Positions 9,154 to 19,537 of a stretch of 64,000 nucleotides of DNA are shown here, piece by piece. The notes below the pieces were generated by a model. That model was not told the origin of the DNA. It saw only the letters and a program-made list of their open reading frames with translations, and did not search any database. Source of the stretch: a virus; IMG/VR virus record IMGVR_UViG_3300043410_001708, positions 1 to 64,000 of that record; one strand, given 5' to 3'. The translations under genes were made by a program, and so were the position numbers. How positions within the stretch are numbered: the stretch's first letter is position 1; each line of letters opens with the position of its first letter.

Positions 9154-9498
9154 TTACATCATCGACTTGAATTTGTCAATAGCGTCATCTAAGAAATTGT
9201 TGGATGTTGTGGTTTTCTTTGCAATTATACCATACCAACCTTGTGGAATTAATCCAGATATGTATTCTCTAGGATCCGAGAATATGGCATCGAAAGTATC
9301 AAGGTGTTCAACTGCACCACTTTCTTCGTTGCATTTGAACAACAAAATGTGCCACCATTTACCGATATCGCTGCCGTTAATTTCTTCTCCAGGATTTTTA
9401 TACTTATTTGTTATGATGTTGATGCTATCATCATCTTCCATTGGTAGAAAAAATAGTGCATCGAATTCTTCACCAACATCTTTCAAATATTCTAACAT
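9154..9498 (-). CDS. hypothetical protein
   Basis: ORF track. Confidence 0.6.
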   Translation of the reverse strand: MLEYLKDVGEEFDALFFLPMEDDDSINIITNKYKNPGEEINGSDIGKWWHILLFKCNEESGAVEHLDTFDAIFSDPREYISGLIPQGWYGIIAKKTTTSNNFLDDAIDKFKSMM

Positions 9499-9905
9499 TG
9501 TAGTCCTTTAATGTGTGATTTTCTTACTCTAACCATAATCCAAGAATTGTAATAGTCATCTGTTTCCAGAGCACCATTTACAAATTGTTCTTTTGCTTCA
9601 AGATAACCACACTCACCTTTGCTTTTGCATAGGTGAATAATTTCTCGGCTAAACGATTCTTGTCCATGTATTATAACATCTTTTTTCAATTCCTCATTGC
9701 TACCGTAATAAGTTTGCCAGTCCGAAGAAATTTTGAAACGTTTCTTCTTACCTTTTACTTGTTTGGTTTTTGAGGAGTAGAAAAATTTCTTACCAATGTA
9801 TTTTTTATTTGTTACATTGTTGGTTATAACATACACAAACCCGTAATTGTCACCAATTAATTCTTCTGTAAATTCTTTATTTTTATATGTCCAATTCAGT
9901 TCCAT
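9492..9905 (-). CDS. GIY-YIG family endonuclease
   Basis: GFVYVITN...KKYIGKK...YYGS...E...YYN. Confidence 0.85.
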   Translation of the reverse strand: MELNWTYKNKEFTEELIGDNYGFVYVITNNVTNKKYIGKKFFYSSKTKQVKGKKKRFKISSDWQTYYGSNEELKKDVIIHGQESFSREIIHLCKSKGECGYLEAKEQFVNGALETDDYYNSWIMVRVRKSHIKGLQC

Positions 9906-10084
9906 TTATCATCATCATTGAGTTCATCATCCTCTATATATTCTTCTTCGGATATTGAATCAATGGGTTCACCACAGAATGGGCAAAACTCTGGCAATTC
10001 TTCTGATACTAATTCTTCCATATAAATTACATCATAACTGGATTCACAGTTACTGCACTCCGCTGTTATTGTTCTTGTTGACAT
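9896..10084 (-). CDS. small zinc-ribbon protein
   Basis: CSNC...CPFCG. Confidence 0.7.
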   Translation of the reverse strand: MSTRTITAECSNCESSYDVIYMEELVSEELPEFCPFCGEPIDSISEEEYIEDDELNDDDKWN

Positions 10085-10093
10085 GTGTTTCCT

Positions 10094-11080
10094 TTAATTG
10101 GCCCAAACATCACTCCAATCTCCAGACAATGCTCCCTTTGCATAATCGGTTGCACGGTTCTCAAAGAAGTTAGTGTGTGTTGGTGCGTTAATCATCTCCT
10201 CAACCCAAGGTAGAGGATTCTTTTTCACCTTAAAAATACCTTTAAGACCAAGAGATATAAGACGCCTATCGGCAATATAACGGATATACTTCTTGACATC
10301 CTCACTAGAAAGACCGTCCATAGCGCCCATAGAAAAGGAGAGGTCAATAAACTTATCTTCCAGTTCGACCATTTTTTCCGCAATGCTATAAATGCGTCCT
10401 TTAAGTTCATCGTTCCATATCTCTTTATTTTCTTCTATGTAGGTACGGAATAATTTAATCATTGATTCAGCATGTTGAGTTTCATCAACGATTGACCAAG
10501 TAACAATTTGGCCCATGCCTTTCATCTTACCCATGCGAGGGAAGTTTAATAACATAATAAAGGAGCTGAACAACTGCATCCCTTCAGTGAAAGCACTGAA
10601 CACGGCGATGTGGGTTGCAGTTGAAGCAGCATCTCCATTTTTTGAACTAATGTCCAAAATATAATCATGTTTATCTTTCATTTCTTGGTATTCCAAGAAT
10701 TGATTGTATGTGGCTTCCGGTAAGCCTAATGTTTCAATTAAGTGACTGTATGCAGCAACGTGTAATGCTTCTCTTGCAGCAAAGCCCAACAACATCATAC
10801 GAACTTCAGGTTGAGGAAAATATGGAAGATAATTCTTTACATATCCGCCGGCAACGTCAATATCACCTTGTGTGAAAAAACGAAAGATGTGCGTAAGAAA
10901 TTGTTTTTCTTCTTTGCTAAGTTTCTTTTTCCAATCTTTAACATCTTCCATCATTGGTACTTCTGTGTGAAGCCAATGTGACTGTTCATGTTTCAGCCAA
11001 GCATCATATGCCCATGGATAGTTGAAAGGTTTGAAACTATTTCTTTCATCTGTAAGTCTGGAATCGACTTTCTTAATCAT
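10094..11080 (-). CDS. nrdB: ribonucleotide reductase class Ia beta subunit
   Basis: EALHVAAYS, EGMQLFSSF, DETQH, NFFE. Confidence 0.95.
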   Translation of the reverse strand: MIKKVDSRLTDERNSFKPFNYPWAYDAWLKHEQSHWLHTEVPMMEDVKDWKKKLSKEEKQFLTHIFRFFTQGDIDVAGGYVKNYLPYFPQPEVRMMLLGFAAREALHVAAYSHLIETLGLPEATYNQFLEYQEMKDKHDYILDISSKNGDAASTATHIAVFSAFTEGMQLFSSFIMLLNFPRMGKMKGMGQIVTWSIVDETQHAESMIKLFRTYIEENKEIWNDELKGRIYSIAEKMVELEDKFIDLSFSMGAMDGLSSEDVKKYIRYIADRRLISLGLKGIFKVKKNPLPWVEEMINAPTHTNFFENRATDYAKGALSGDWSDVWAN

Positions 11081-11319
11081 ACTGTGGCCCACTCTTTTAA
11101 TTCTAAAATTGTTCTAGGACCCATTGTACGTTTGACTTCAATATTTCCATCCATCAATACTAATGTTGGAACACCACGTACACCATATTCGATTGCTACA
11201 TCAGATTGAACATCGATATCAACAACTTCAATTGGTATACCAAGGTCGGCTCCTTCTAAATTCTGTGCTAATGTTTTGCATGGCGCACACCATGATGCTG
11301 TAAATCTTAATATTTTCAT
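11077..11319 (-). CDS. thioredoxin
   Basis: WCAPC, GVPT. Confidence 0.9.
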   Translation of the reverse strand: MKILRFTASWCAPCKTLAQNLEGADLGIPIEVVDIDVQSDVAIEYGVRGVPTLVLMDGNIEVKRTMGPRTILELKEWATV

Positions 11320-11435
11320 TTCTTTTCTTCCTTTTTTTCTATTGGTGGCGGAAAGTATGGCTCAATAACATAATGAGTTGCTGTCCACCATCCAAACGCA
11401 GTTATTATACCTGCAACAAACACTTCTAAAACCAT
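11316..11435 (-). CDS. small membrane protein (39 aa)
   Basis: MVLEVFVAGIITAFGWWTATHYVIEPYFPPP...; coupled both sides. Confidence 0.5.
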   Translation of the reverse strand: MVLEVFVAGIITAFGWWTATHYVIEPYFPPPIEKKEEKK

Positions 11436-12074
11436 TTACTTCTCCATTAATCTATCTACAAAGTTTAATAACAACTTGTGTTGTTTTCCGTCATGGTAGT
11501 GACCTTTCATCCAACTATATGATTCATACCAATGTGGTTGACTTTCAGGATGACAACCAATTAAACCTAACTTGCCTTGAATGATGGCCATTGGATCATC
11601 ATTCTTATATTTTGCTATAATCTCATACTGACCTGGACCAAAAGCACAACCATCATAAAAGAACATCTTTTCTTCTTTGCCTAACCAATCAATTCCTAAA
11701 TTTTTTGCATGTGGCCTTCGTGTGTCTGTATTTGGTCTCTTTATGTATTGCTCAACTTCTACATCACATAAAAAATTAAAATAATGATTGCTAGCCCAAT
11801 AAGCACCCATGCAAATTCCCAAATAACGACCACCATTGTTAACAAAATTAACTATACGTTCACGATTGTTTTTAAACAAATAATCAAAACTATCGCTGTC
11901 ACCTAAACCACCAGGAAAAGCAACAATATCAACACCATCAAAGAAATCATTTTCCAATTCATGTCTTGTGAATATTTTGAAATGATAATGTGATTCTAAT
12001 GCTTTGATTATACCATTTCCGGATTGAACTGAACATTTTGGTTGATGTAAGAATAATGCTATTGTAGGTTTCAT
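11436..12074 (-). CDS. BPL_N / class I glutamine-amidotransferase-like protein
   Basis: FPGG, GGRYLGICMGAY, GCHPE. Confidence 0.8.
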   Translation of the reverse strand: MKPTIALFLHQPKCSVQSGNGIIKALESHYHFKIFTRHELENDFFDGVDIVAFPGGLGDSDSFDYLFKNNRERIVNFVNNGGRYLGICMGAYWASNHYFNFLCDVEVEQYIKRPNTDTRRPHAKNLGIDWLGKEEKMFFYDGCAFGPGQYEIIAKYKNDDPMAIIQGKLGLIGCHPESQPHWYESYSWMKGHYHDGKQHKLLLNFVDRLMEK

Positions 12075-12313
12075 TTGTCATTTCTTTTTAGTATCATACC
12101 GACATATGTTCCAAAAAATGCTCCTGCGATTGCAGGTAACATTAACCAATTATTTTGTGTATAGTTAATGACAGCAACACTACCTAAGACATAACAAGCA
12201 ACAGCCCATAAACTTGCAGCCATTGCTTGATTGTTTTGTACACATCTTAGATAATAAGTATAAACAACATCTAAAATTGCAATTGCAAAAAATGTTACAA
12301 CATAATCTAACAT
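12071..12313 (-). CDS. 3-TM membrane protein
   Basis: Hydrophobic helices, GAFFGTY. Confidence 0.65.
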   Translation of the reverse strand: MLDYVVTFFAIAILDVVYTYYLRCVQNNQAMAASLWAVACYVLGSVAVINYTQNNWLMLPAIAGAFFGTYVGMILKRNDK

Positions 12314-14098
12314 TTATCCCTCACAGGCAATACAATCGTTACCTTGTGCTACTTGTACCATATCAAGTTCTTTGATTACTTGGCGTTCAATTTTCTTGGA
12401 AACTTTATCAGCTTTACCAATCTTTTCTGAACGGCAGTAATAAAGTGTTTTCAATCCTTTTTTCCATGCCATAAAATGAATTGCATGAATATATTTAATA
12501 TGTGCATCTGGACGGAAGAACAAATTCAAAGATTGTGCTTGGTCAATATATTGTTGACGGTCAGCAGCCAATTCAATTACCCAACGTTGGTCAATTTCCA
12601 TGGATGTTTTGTATATCGCTTTTTGGTTTTCATCCAAAATATCTAAATGTTGAACTGATCCATCATTAGCAATAATAGAAGACCAAACATCATTATATTC
12701 TTCTTCTGTCTGTGTTAATCCTTTGATAATTCTGTCAAGATACTTATTCTTGTTTAGAAAAGCTCCTGAAAGAGTATCTTGACGGTATGCATTAGCACGA
12801 TAAGGCTCAACACTAGGGCTAGTATTTCCCATAATGATAGACGAAGAAGCATTTGGAGCAATAGCCATAAGGTGACTGAACCGCTGGCCAGTGCCAACAG
12901 CATCAGGAGCCTCACCTCTAGTTTTTCCGAGATATTGGTTAGCATCATCCAATCCTTTTCTGATGTGTTTAAAAATTTGGTTATTTGAGACTTTGGCCAT
13001 TACACCTTCAAATGCTATATTGTTCTTCTGTAAATATGCATGAAAACCTAAGGCACCAACGCCAATAGAACGCTCACGGCTAGCAGAGTATATAGCCCTG
13101 GAAATGGTATCAGGTGCATTAGTAATAAAATACTCCAAAACGTTATCGAGCATTTCAGCAACATCCCTAAGGAATAAAGGGTCATTCTTCCATTCATCAT
13201 AGTACTCCAAATTTAAAGATGATAGACAACACACGGCTGTTCTTTCTTCATTTGTTGGTAAAATGATTTCAGAACAAAGATTCGATTGATGTACTTTCAA
13301 TCCTTTATCTTTTAAGAATTGCGGCAACATATTATTGCTTGTGTCAATAAAGTGAATATAAGGTTCACCTGTATGCATACGCAATTCTAGAATTTGTTGC
13401 CATAAATGCTTAGCTGAAACTGTTTCTCTAACTTCTCCTGATTTTGGATCAACCAAAGGCCACGAATCATCTGCTTCTGGATCCAACATACAGTTTTCAA
13501 TTAACTGCATGAAGTTATCTGTAATATTAATACCATGATGTAAGTTCAGGCAACGCACATTAGGGTCACCTGTTGGTTTACGCATTTCTAAAAATGGTAT
13601 AATATCGGGATGACTGATATCAAGATAAGCAGCATAACTTCCACGGCGAGTACGACCCTGACGGTAAGCAAGAGATGAAGCATCGTAAATTTTGAGGTGC
13701 GGCATAACACCAGTACTCTTGTCGTCTGCACTACGTATACCGAAGCCAATACCAACACCACCGCCAAGCATAGAAAGCCAATTAGTTTCGCTAAGATTAT
13801 CAACTAGACCCTCCGCTGTATCTTCAATATAGTTGAGAAAGCATGAAATAGGCATACCACGCTTAGAACGGCCGTAGCTAAGAATTGGAGTACTATAACT
13901 GAGCCAATGATTAGAGGCGTAATTGTAAAGGCGCTGAGAATGTTCAGTATTACTTCCAAATGACGATGATACATATGCAAACCTCTGTTGTGGTGATGTT
14001 TCATCATCACGCATGTAAGATTCTTGTAATCTTTTAATTCCCAATTCATCAAATAGTTTATCTTTTTCCAAATCTATTTTGACACCCATATATTCCAT
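12314..14098 (-). CDS. nrdA: ribonucleotide reductase class Ia alpha subunit (no ATP cone)
   Basis: SCFL, GGGVG, SNLCSEI, CCLSS, APNASSS, C-terminal CIACEG. Confidence 0.95.
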   Translation of the reverse strand: MEYMGVKIDLEKDKLFDELGIKRLQESYMRDDETSPQQRFAYVSSSFGSNTEHSQRLYNYASNHWLSYSTPILSYGRSKRGMPISCFLNYIEDTAEGLVDNLSETNWLSMLGGGVGIGFGIRSADDKSTGVMPHLKIYDASSLAYRQGRTRRGSYAAYLDISHPDIIPFLEMRKPTGDPNVRCLNLHHGINITDNFMQLIENCMLDPEADDSWPLVDPKSGEVRETVSAKHLWQQILELRMHTGEPYIHFIDTSNNMLPQFLKDKGLKVHQSNLCSEIILPTNEERTAVCCLSSLNLEYYDEWKNDPLFLRDVAEMLDNVLEYFITNAPDTISRAIYSASRERSIGVGALGFHAYLQKNNIAFEGVMAKVSNNQIFKHIRKGLDDANQYLGKTRGEAPDAVGTGQRFSHLMAIAPNASSSIIMGNTSPSVEPYRANAYRQDTLSGAFLNKNKYLDRIIKGLTQTEEEYNDVWSSIIANDGSVQHLDILDENQKAIYKTSMEIDQRWVIELAADRQQYIDQAQSLNLFFRPDAHIKYIHAIHFMAWKKGLKTLYYCRSEKIGKADKVSKKIERQVIKELDMVQVAQGNDCIACEG

Positions 14099-14103
14099 AT
14101 TTT

Positions 14104-14463
14104 TTACCTTTTTATAATTGCTTTAATATTAGGTGGTGTCCAACCTTCTGGTTTTAACACTTTACCATCTTCTCTTTTTAATACTTTTCCGTTTTCGGAA
14201 ATTTTCGCTAAATTGCTACGTGCAACTTCGTTCCAAACTTCTTGTTGTGGAATGTTGAGTGTGTGTTCAAGGCCTTCAATGACCCATTTTAAATCCGCAG
14301 TTGCATCTGCGATTTCTACAAGGTTTCTATTACCATATGCAGTAACGAGTTCCTTAAATTCTTCGATTATCAAGTCCATATAGAGTTCTGCTTGTGGACC
14401 AAAATCTCTTGCCTTTTGGTCACATGCATCCATAAAGATTCTTACATCATTCTTACTGTCCAT
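14104..14463 (-). CDS. MazG-like/PRA-PH nucleotide pyrophosphohydrolase
   Basis: EEFKE...DATAD...SNLAK...REDGKVLKP. Confidence 0.8.
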   Translation of the reverse strand: MDSKNDVRIFMDACDQKARDFGPQAELYMDLIIEEFKELVTAYGNRNLVEIADATADLKWVIEGLEHTLNIPQQEVWNEVARSNLAKISENGKVLKREDGKVLKPEGWTPPNIKAIIKR

Positions 14464-15103
14464 TGGTGTACTCCTTAATCATAGGAAAAATTGGTTCAAT
14501 GGCATCAGCACAGGCTAATGCAACATCTTGATGCTCTTTCTGTGTCCCGTTTGCGCTACGGAGTTGTATATAGTGTACCCAACTACGAAGCGTTCCGTTC
14601 ATATACAAACGTGAACCTGTCATGCCTTCCGGCAGTACTGCTCTCGCTTGTTCCTTTGCAATTCCACTTTCAAGTGCCCATTGATAAGCTTCCTGACACT
14701 CCCTTAAAACTCTCTTTTGTCGTTCTTCCCACCAAGCCTTTAATGCAAGGTTATCAGTATCAACACTATTTTGACGATTCTTTAAGTCTTGTAACCTACA
14801 TTCTTTTAATTGGAATTCTAATTGGGACGCATCAGCATACCGTTGACTAAATTCCTGAAAAGAAAATGAACGATGACGTAAAATCTGTCTTGCAATATCT
14901 CTTGTAGTGTCTATCTCTAAACAAATGCTCACCATTTCAAGTGGCGACCAATGTTGGTTTTTGATAAGATACCGAACCAACTTTTCAGAAGTTTCGGTAT
15001 TATTTTGATTGGCAGGATTTGAGACTCTGGCTGCAAAAGCAACCTGTTCTAACAAATTCTTACCGTCTGTTCCCTGTGTGTATGATATCAATTTGACTTG
15101 CAT
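14453..15103 (-). CDS. thyX: flavin-dependent thymidylate synthase
   Basis: HWSPLE, RHRSFSFQEFSQRY. Confidence 0.95.
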   Translation of the reverse strand: MQVKLISYTQGTDGKNLLEQVAFAARVSNPANQNNTETSEKLVRYLIKNQHWSPLEMVSICLEIDTTRDIARQILRHRSFSFQEFSQRYADASQLEFQLKECRLQDLKNRQNSVDTDNLALKAWWEERQKRVLRECQEAYQWALESGIAKEQARAVLPEGMTGSRLYMNGTLRSWVHYIQLRSANGTQKEHQDVALACADAIEPIFPMIKEYTNGQ

Positions 15104-15118
15104 AACAAAATCTCCATT

Positions 15119-16132
15119 TCAAGTTTTTTTCCAATTAATAAATTCCATCTTTGCTCTCAAATTCACAAAGGTATGTTTACTTATGATATCTTGGATTTCA
15201 TCAGGTGAGAAACCATTTAAAACCATATCATTTATATCTTTTTCTTCAATCATTTCTGGCCAAATTACCACATTGTAATGTTCTTCAATGGCTTTGTCCA
15301 TCTGCTTATGTAGTTCTTTATTTCTTGGTTCATTATCATATACCAAGACAATCTTAGACTTGTCAAAATGCTTGGAAGCAGCCATCAAATTTGAATCCGC
15401 AGTGGCCACGGCATTCTCCAAGAACATGGAGTCAATAGGACCTTCCACGACATAAATCATTTGTTCCTTGTCGATCCTATCAGTGCCGAACAACTTGTGA
15501 TTCTCTTTGTCTGTCTTTACTGTTATGTATCTGAGTTTAGATTCACCTAGAGCACGACCTTGAAATGCCACAAGGTTCTTATCTTCATCATAAAAAGGAA
15601 TCACCAACCTGGGGTCATCTTCTTTGAGTCCTTCTTTTTCAATCTGTAAGGATTCCACGAAACTCTTGAAATCTTCTGCAAAGTATAAATCCGAATAAAA
15701 TCTCTCCGGTATTCTGCGTGACTTAACATACACTTTAGCATAATGTTCTTCTGGTAAAGAGTTGACCGATGGGATTTCCAAAGACTTCTTAAACTTAGGT
15801 GTTTCTGTTTTGATTTCTTCAAATGTGGGTTTAACATAATTATCACGTCCTTGTTCACCATTCTTATATCTTTCAAGTGCATATTCTTTAACTAAAGTTG
15901 AATCGACTTTTTCCAGGAAATTATAAAAAGAAGTGGATGCACCACAATTGTGGCACATATAAAAATAATTGTTCTTTTTTTCGTAAACATAACCACGGGC
16001 TTTGGTTTTGTTTTTACTTGAATCACCACAGAGAGGACACCTGAAATTATACAGGTTCTCTTTCTTCTGTGTGAATTTTTGAAGCTTTGGTGATACCCTC
16101 AGCAGAAAGGTTCTATCAATAAAAACGGACAT
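15119..16132 (-). CDS. 61: DNA primase (T4 gp61)
   Basis: FRCPLCGDS...CHNC zinc finger, VEGPIDS, KDIND. Confidence 0.95.
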   Translation of the reverse strand: MSVFIDRTFLLRVSPKLQKFTQKKENLYNFRCPLCGDSSKNKTKARGYVYEKKNNYFYMCHNCGASTSFYNFLEKVDSTLVKEYALERYKNGEQGRDNYVKPTFEEIKTETPKFKKSLEIPSVNSLPEEHYAKVYVKSRRIPERFYSDLYFAEDFKSFVESLQIEKEGLKEDDPRLVIPFYDEDKNLVAFQGRALGESKLRYITVKTDKENHKLFGTDRIDKEQMIYVVEGPIDSMFLENAVATADSNLMAASKHFDKSKIVLVYDNEPRNKELHKQMDKAIEEHYNVVIWPEMIEEKDINDMVLNGFSPDEIQDIISKHTFVNLRAKMEFINWKKT

Positions 16133-16164
16133 AACAAAAAGGTGTGGAGTTTACAAGAAACTAG

Positions 16165-16193
16165 ATTATACACCAATTAATGAAAAAATGCAA
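16165..16193 (-). promoter_or_regulatory. sigma70 promoter for primase operon
   Basis: TTGCAT-17-TATAAT. Confidence 0.6.
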
Positions 16194-16482
16194 GTATCTT
16201 ATCGTAGTGTCCAGAAAATATTCCAAGTACCGCAACACCACCGGCAACCATCCACATAGTTCTCTCACGGATTTTTTCCAAACCACTTATTTTTTTGGCA
16301 AGTTCGGCATGTTGTGTGCATGATGCATCATACATTTCATCCAGTTTTTTTAATAAACCGTCTCTGGTATTATCCAAACAATCATGCATTTCTTTAACAT
16401 CAACTTTTAAGTCATCCAATTTTTCATTAAGGTTCTCCACCTTAGTTTCAACAATACCGATTCTTTCTACTGTGGTTGCCAT
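16177..16482 (-). CDS. coiled-coil protein with C-terminal TM
   Basis: Heptad pattern then hydrophobic tail. Confidence 0.65.
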   Translation of the reverse strand: MATTVERIGIVETKVENLNEKLDDLKVDVKEMHDCLDNTRDGLLKKLDEMYDASCTQHAELAKKISGLEKIRERTMWMVAGGVAVLGIFSGHYDKILAFFH

Positions 16483-16494
16483 TGGTTGCTTTCT

Positions 16495-16689
16495 TTATTT
16501 CTTTACAGGTACTTCCGTGCCTTCTAGTTTCTTGTGAACTTTCATTTCTTTGCAATTTTGTTTTGGATTGCCTTTTTTGTCTTTAACAACTTGACCTTGT
16601 TTGTCTTTTACATCAACACAAACTTTAGTTGTTTCTGCTTGAGCAAACAATGATAGGCATAGGCCTGCGGCTAAAATAATCTTTTTCAT
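16495..16689 (-). CDS. small secreted protein
   Basis: Signal peptide, two Cys. Confidence 0.6.
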   Translation of the reverse strand: MKKIILAAGLCLSLFAQAETTKVCVDVKDKQGQVVKDKKGNPKQNCKEMKVHKKLEGTEVPVKK

Positions 16690-16910
16690 TTTTCGTCCTT
16701 TTTAGTAAATTTTTCAGAAGCTGTAAATCCTAAACCTGCAATTACAATGTACATCATTGAATCTAATGTATGTGGTTTCACATCCAATCCAAAGGCAAGT
16801 TCACAAATAAATTCTATTGCACACAATAAGAAAGCCAATAATGTAACCACTCTCTTACTTGAGATGGTGCCATTGACACCATCTGTTAACATACTCTTTA
16901 AGAAATTCAT
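16686..16910 (-). CDS. holin-like 2-TM protein
   Basis: SSKR + 2 TM + charged C-terminus, near endolysin. Confidence 0.5.
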   Translation of the reverse strand: MNFLKSMLTDGVNGTISSKRVVTLLAFLLCAIEFICELAFGLDVKPHTLDSMMYIVIAGLGFTASEKFTKKDEK

Positions 16911-16914
16911 TTAT

Positions 16915-17388
16915 TTAGATTTCTGGTTGTGGGGCTGGTGCAGGTGCTGGTTTGCCACCGAAGCCTGTGATGACTTGTGCTGTTGGTGCAGCTGCTGCTT
17001 GTGTTGTTGTTGCATTTGTCGCTGGCGTTCCAAATGTAACATTGTTGCTTGGTGTATTTGTTGAAGGCGCATTTGGTGGTGGTCCTGAAACTACTGGTGG
17101 TTTATTGGCTGCTTCTAGTGCTTTTGCTCTTAGGTCTTTATCGTTACCAGCCAACATAATACCAGATAAAGTACCAGTTAAAAATGTTGCAATTGGAATA
17201 ATCAACTCAAAAAACTTTTGGTCAATTGGACTAATAGCATTCAATGGTTGAGTTACAAAAATGATGGAGTATAACACAACAAATACAATACCTGTCAATG
17301 TTAATGCCAAACAAATACCAATGAAGAATTTTAGTCGAGCCATCAACTGTTCTTCTGTGTACATGAAATTATTATTATTATTTTCCAC
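16915..17388 (-). CDS. 2-TM membrane protein with Pro/Thr-rich tail
   Basis: GTG start after AGGAG; two TMs. Confidence 0.6.
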   Translation of the reverse strand: MENNNNNFMYTEEQLMARLKFFIGICLALTLTGIVFVVLYSIIFVTQPLNAISPIDQKFFELIIPIATFLTGTLSGIMLAGNDKDLRAKALEAANKPPVVSGPPPNAPSTNTPSNNVTFGTPATNATTTQAAAAPTAQVITGFGGKPAPAPAPQPEI

Positions 17389-17653
17389 AATTCGCTCCTT
17401 GTGTTGGTGTAGTACATTGTGCTGGTGATGCAATCTTAGGTACATCTGGTCCCAATCTTGGATCACGTTGTCCTTTGAAAATGTGTTCAGGACAAGTTCT
17501 TGTCACATCACACTTTGGCATTTTGCAAAAGTCTTTATCCCAATTGTCAGGGTCTTGGCAAGGATAACGGAATCTATCACCACCAAAAAAGGCTAATGAT
17601 AATGGTAAAAGTATCATTGCAACTGCTACGTATAAAAGTTTTCTATCGGACAT
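17378..17653 (-). CDS. membrane-anchored Cys-rich protein
   Basis: RYPCQDP.NW...C....C....TC. Confidence 0.65.
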   Translation of the reverse strand: MSDRKLLYVAVAMILLPLSLAFFGGDRFRYPCQDPDNWDKDFCKMPKCDVTRTCPEHIFKGQRDPRLGPDVPKIASPAQCTTPTQGANCGK

Positions 17654-17655
17654 AA

Positions 17656-18279
17656 TTACACTCCAAAAACGTGAAGTGCATGTTCGTAATGTTTGATACG
17701 GTCTTCAAGACCGATAGTACCACCATTAATACGTTTTGTCAAAGTAACAATATCACCTTTATCTGCCCATTGATTCAAGTTATTTGTTTCCCAGAACCAA
17801 CATGCTGATTGTGCTGCACCTTCAAATGTTTGTAGATATTCAGATGCTTCTTCGACAGAGATGCCTAATGAACCTGCAAAGAATGTATAGTTGTCACGGC
17901 CTGTCAATTGAATCAAACCACGGCCACAGAACTTGTAACCATCACCAGAAGATTCATCACCATTACCCATGCGTGATGCATAGATGCGGTTTGCGATTGC
18001 TTCTTGTTTGTTTGGTTTAGATGCATACTCATTTGCAATATCATCATTTGGAAAATACTTACCAAACAACTTACGTAGTGATGCTGCTTTGTAATTTAGA
18101 TTCTCTTTGAGAACCATGAAACCACCAGACTCATGTGAACATTGTGCTATGAAAGCAGCCATTCTCTGAGGTGTATTGATTTCATAATCAGGTAATAAAA
18201 TTGACAATGCATGGTGCCAGTGGTCAATGTACGGGTTTTTTGGAAGTAATTGTTTTAATTGTTCTTTTGTTAATTCCAT
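17656..18279 (-). CDS. GH19 chitinase-like endolysin
   Basis: FIAQCSHES, ENLNY, GRGLIQLTGR.NY, INGG..GL.DR. Confidence 0.9.
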   Translation of the reverse strand: MELTKEQLKQLLPKNPYIDHWHHALSILLPDYEINTPQRMAAFIAQCSHESGGFMVLKENLNYKAASLRKLFGKYFPNDDIANEYASKPNKQEAIANRIYASRMGNGDESSGDGYKFCGRGLIQLTGRDNYTFFAGSLGISVEEASEYLQTFEGAAQSACWFWETNNLNQWADKGDIVTLTKRINGGTIGLEDRIKHYEHALHVFGV

Positions 18280-18288
18280 TTTCAGTCC

Positions 18289-18810
18289 TTATAATGTTAT
18301 CGGTAACCATAACAAAGCACCTTGAGACATTAATAAAACTGCAAATACACCAAGACTGATTCCAATCCAGTACATTCTTTTACTAAACGTCAACATAGAT
18401 GCGGCCAAAATAACAATTGCAATTTGATAGAAAGCATTAGAGTATGTGTACCAAGGACTTCTTAGTTCTGCTACTGCTCTCTCCGCTTCAATTGCACGAG
18501 CCTTTGCCATCAATTCTTTTTTACCCTCGCCAGTTGAAGGTTCTGATTCATAACGTTCCATTTTGGCTTTCATTACTTCAGCCTTTTTTCTGTCACCAGC
18601 ACGGACCGCATTATCATATGATATTTCAGCTAATGATTGTTTAATACTTTTTGCCTGATAGAAAGACCAAACATTGTTCGCTTGAATTGTGTTATCCAAA
18701 ATCTGTGCTGAATTACCACCATCAAGTAATGATGTGATGGCCAAAAATGCGGCCAAAAATGTGATAATCCAACCAGTGCGTTCTTTTGTTTGTTCTTGTT
18801 CTTCTGTCAT
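18289..18810 (-). CDS. DUF4337-family membrane protein
   Basis: N.WSFYQAKSIKQ motif, 3 TMs. Confidence 0.75.
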   Translation of the reverse strand: MTEEQEQTKERTGWIITFLAAFLAITSLLDGGNSAQILDNTIQANNVWSFYQAKSIKQSLAEISYDNAVRAGDRKKAEVMKAKMERYESEPSTGEGKKELMAKARAIEAERAVAELRSPWYTYSNAFYQIAIVILAASMLTFSKRMYWIGISLGVFAVLLMSQGALLWLPITL

Positions 18811-19523
18811 GCTGCATCCAATGCGAATATTGAACTACCAGCCCATTGTAAGAATGATGCTGTTGTGCCAGCGAATTGTACACTGCCGCCACTGTCACCC
18901 CAAGGATCATCGGTTGAAAAAACGACAGAACCAACTTGGTTGACATTTGGTCCAGTATTTGGGTTCCAATTACCATCTAAAAATGGGTATAATAATACAG
19001 TTTCGGTTACAGCAGCAGTTCTTCCGCTAGGATAATATCCAGGTTGAATATACTTAACACCACCTTTCATAATGTGAAAATCAGAGATACGGCCTTTCCA
19101 ATGGAAGTTTGTATCGCCGCCAAGATAGAAAGGTGTTGTTGCATCAGTGATTGCAGGACCGACACGGGGTGTATTGACTTTCTCAACGCCATCCATGTAA
19201 ACATATAAATTGGTGCCGTCTGAATTGACGGAAAAATGATGCCATTGATTTACAATAGAACCTACAGAAAACGGACCTGCAGCTGCTGTTGATCCAGTTG
19301 CACCGGTCCAAACAAAATCACCACCCTGTTCATTTGAATAACCGATAGACGCAGATGTGTCTACACCAACAGCAAAAACTCTTGGACTGGTTACAACTTG
19401 TGGTGAAAGTTTCTTTTCCCACCATTCTATAGTCCAACTACGATATGTTGGGCCGCCGCCACCGCCACCTCCTCCTTGAGAAGAAGCGGAGATAGATGCC
19501 ATAATTGCTTGAATAATTGACAT
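18807..19523 (-). CDS. LamG/concanavalin-A-like virion protein
   Basis: WTIEWW, QWHHFSV, YVYMDG, GRISDFHI. Confidence 0.75.
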   Translation of the reverse strand: MSIIQAIMASISASSQGGGGGGGGPTYRSWTIEWWEKKLSPQVVTSPRVFAVGVDTSASIGYSNEQGGDFVWTGATGSTAAAGPFSVGSIVNQWHHFSVNSDGTNLYVYMDGVEKVNTPRVGPAITDATTPFYLGGDTNFHWKGRISDFHIMKGGVKYIQPGYYPSGRTAAVTETVLLYPFLDGNWNPNTGPNVNQVGSVVFSTDDPWGDSGGSVQFAGTTASFLQWAGSSIFALDAA

Positions 19524-19537
19524 TCTATCTCCTAATA

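Noticed and set aside
9492-9905. Mobile homing endonuclease
   Set aside because: Catalytic domain only, no DNA-binding extension; resembles a conserved stand-alone T4-like GIY-YIG nuclease.
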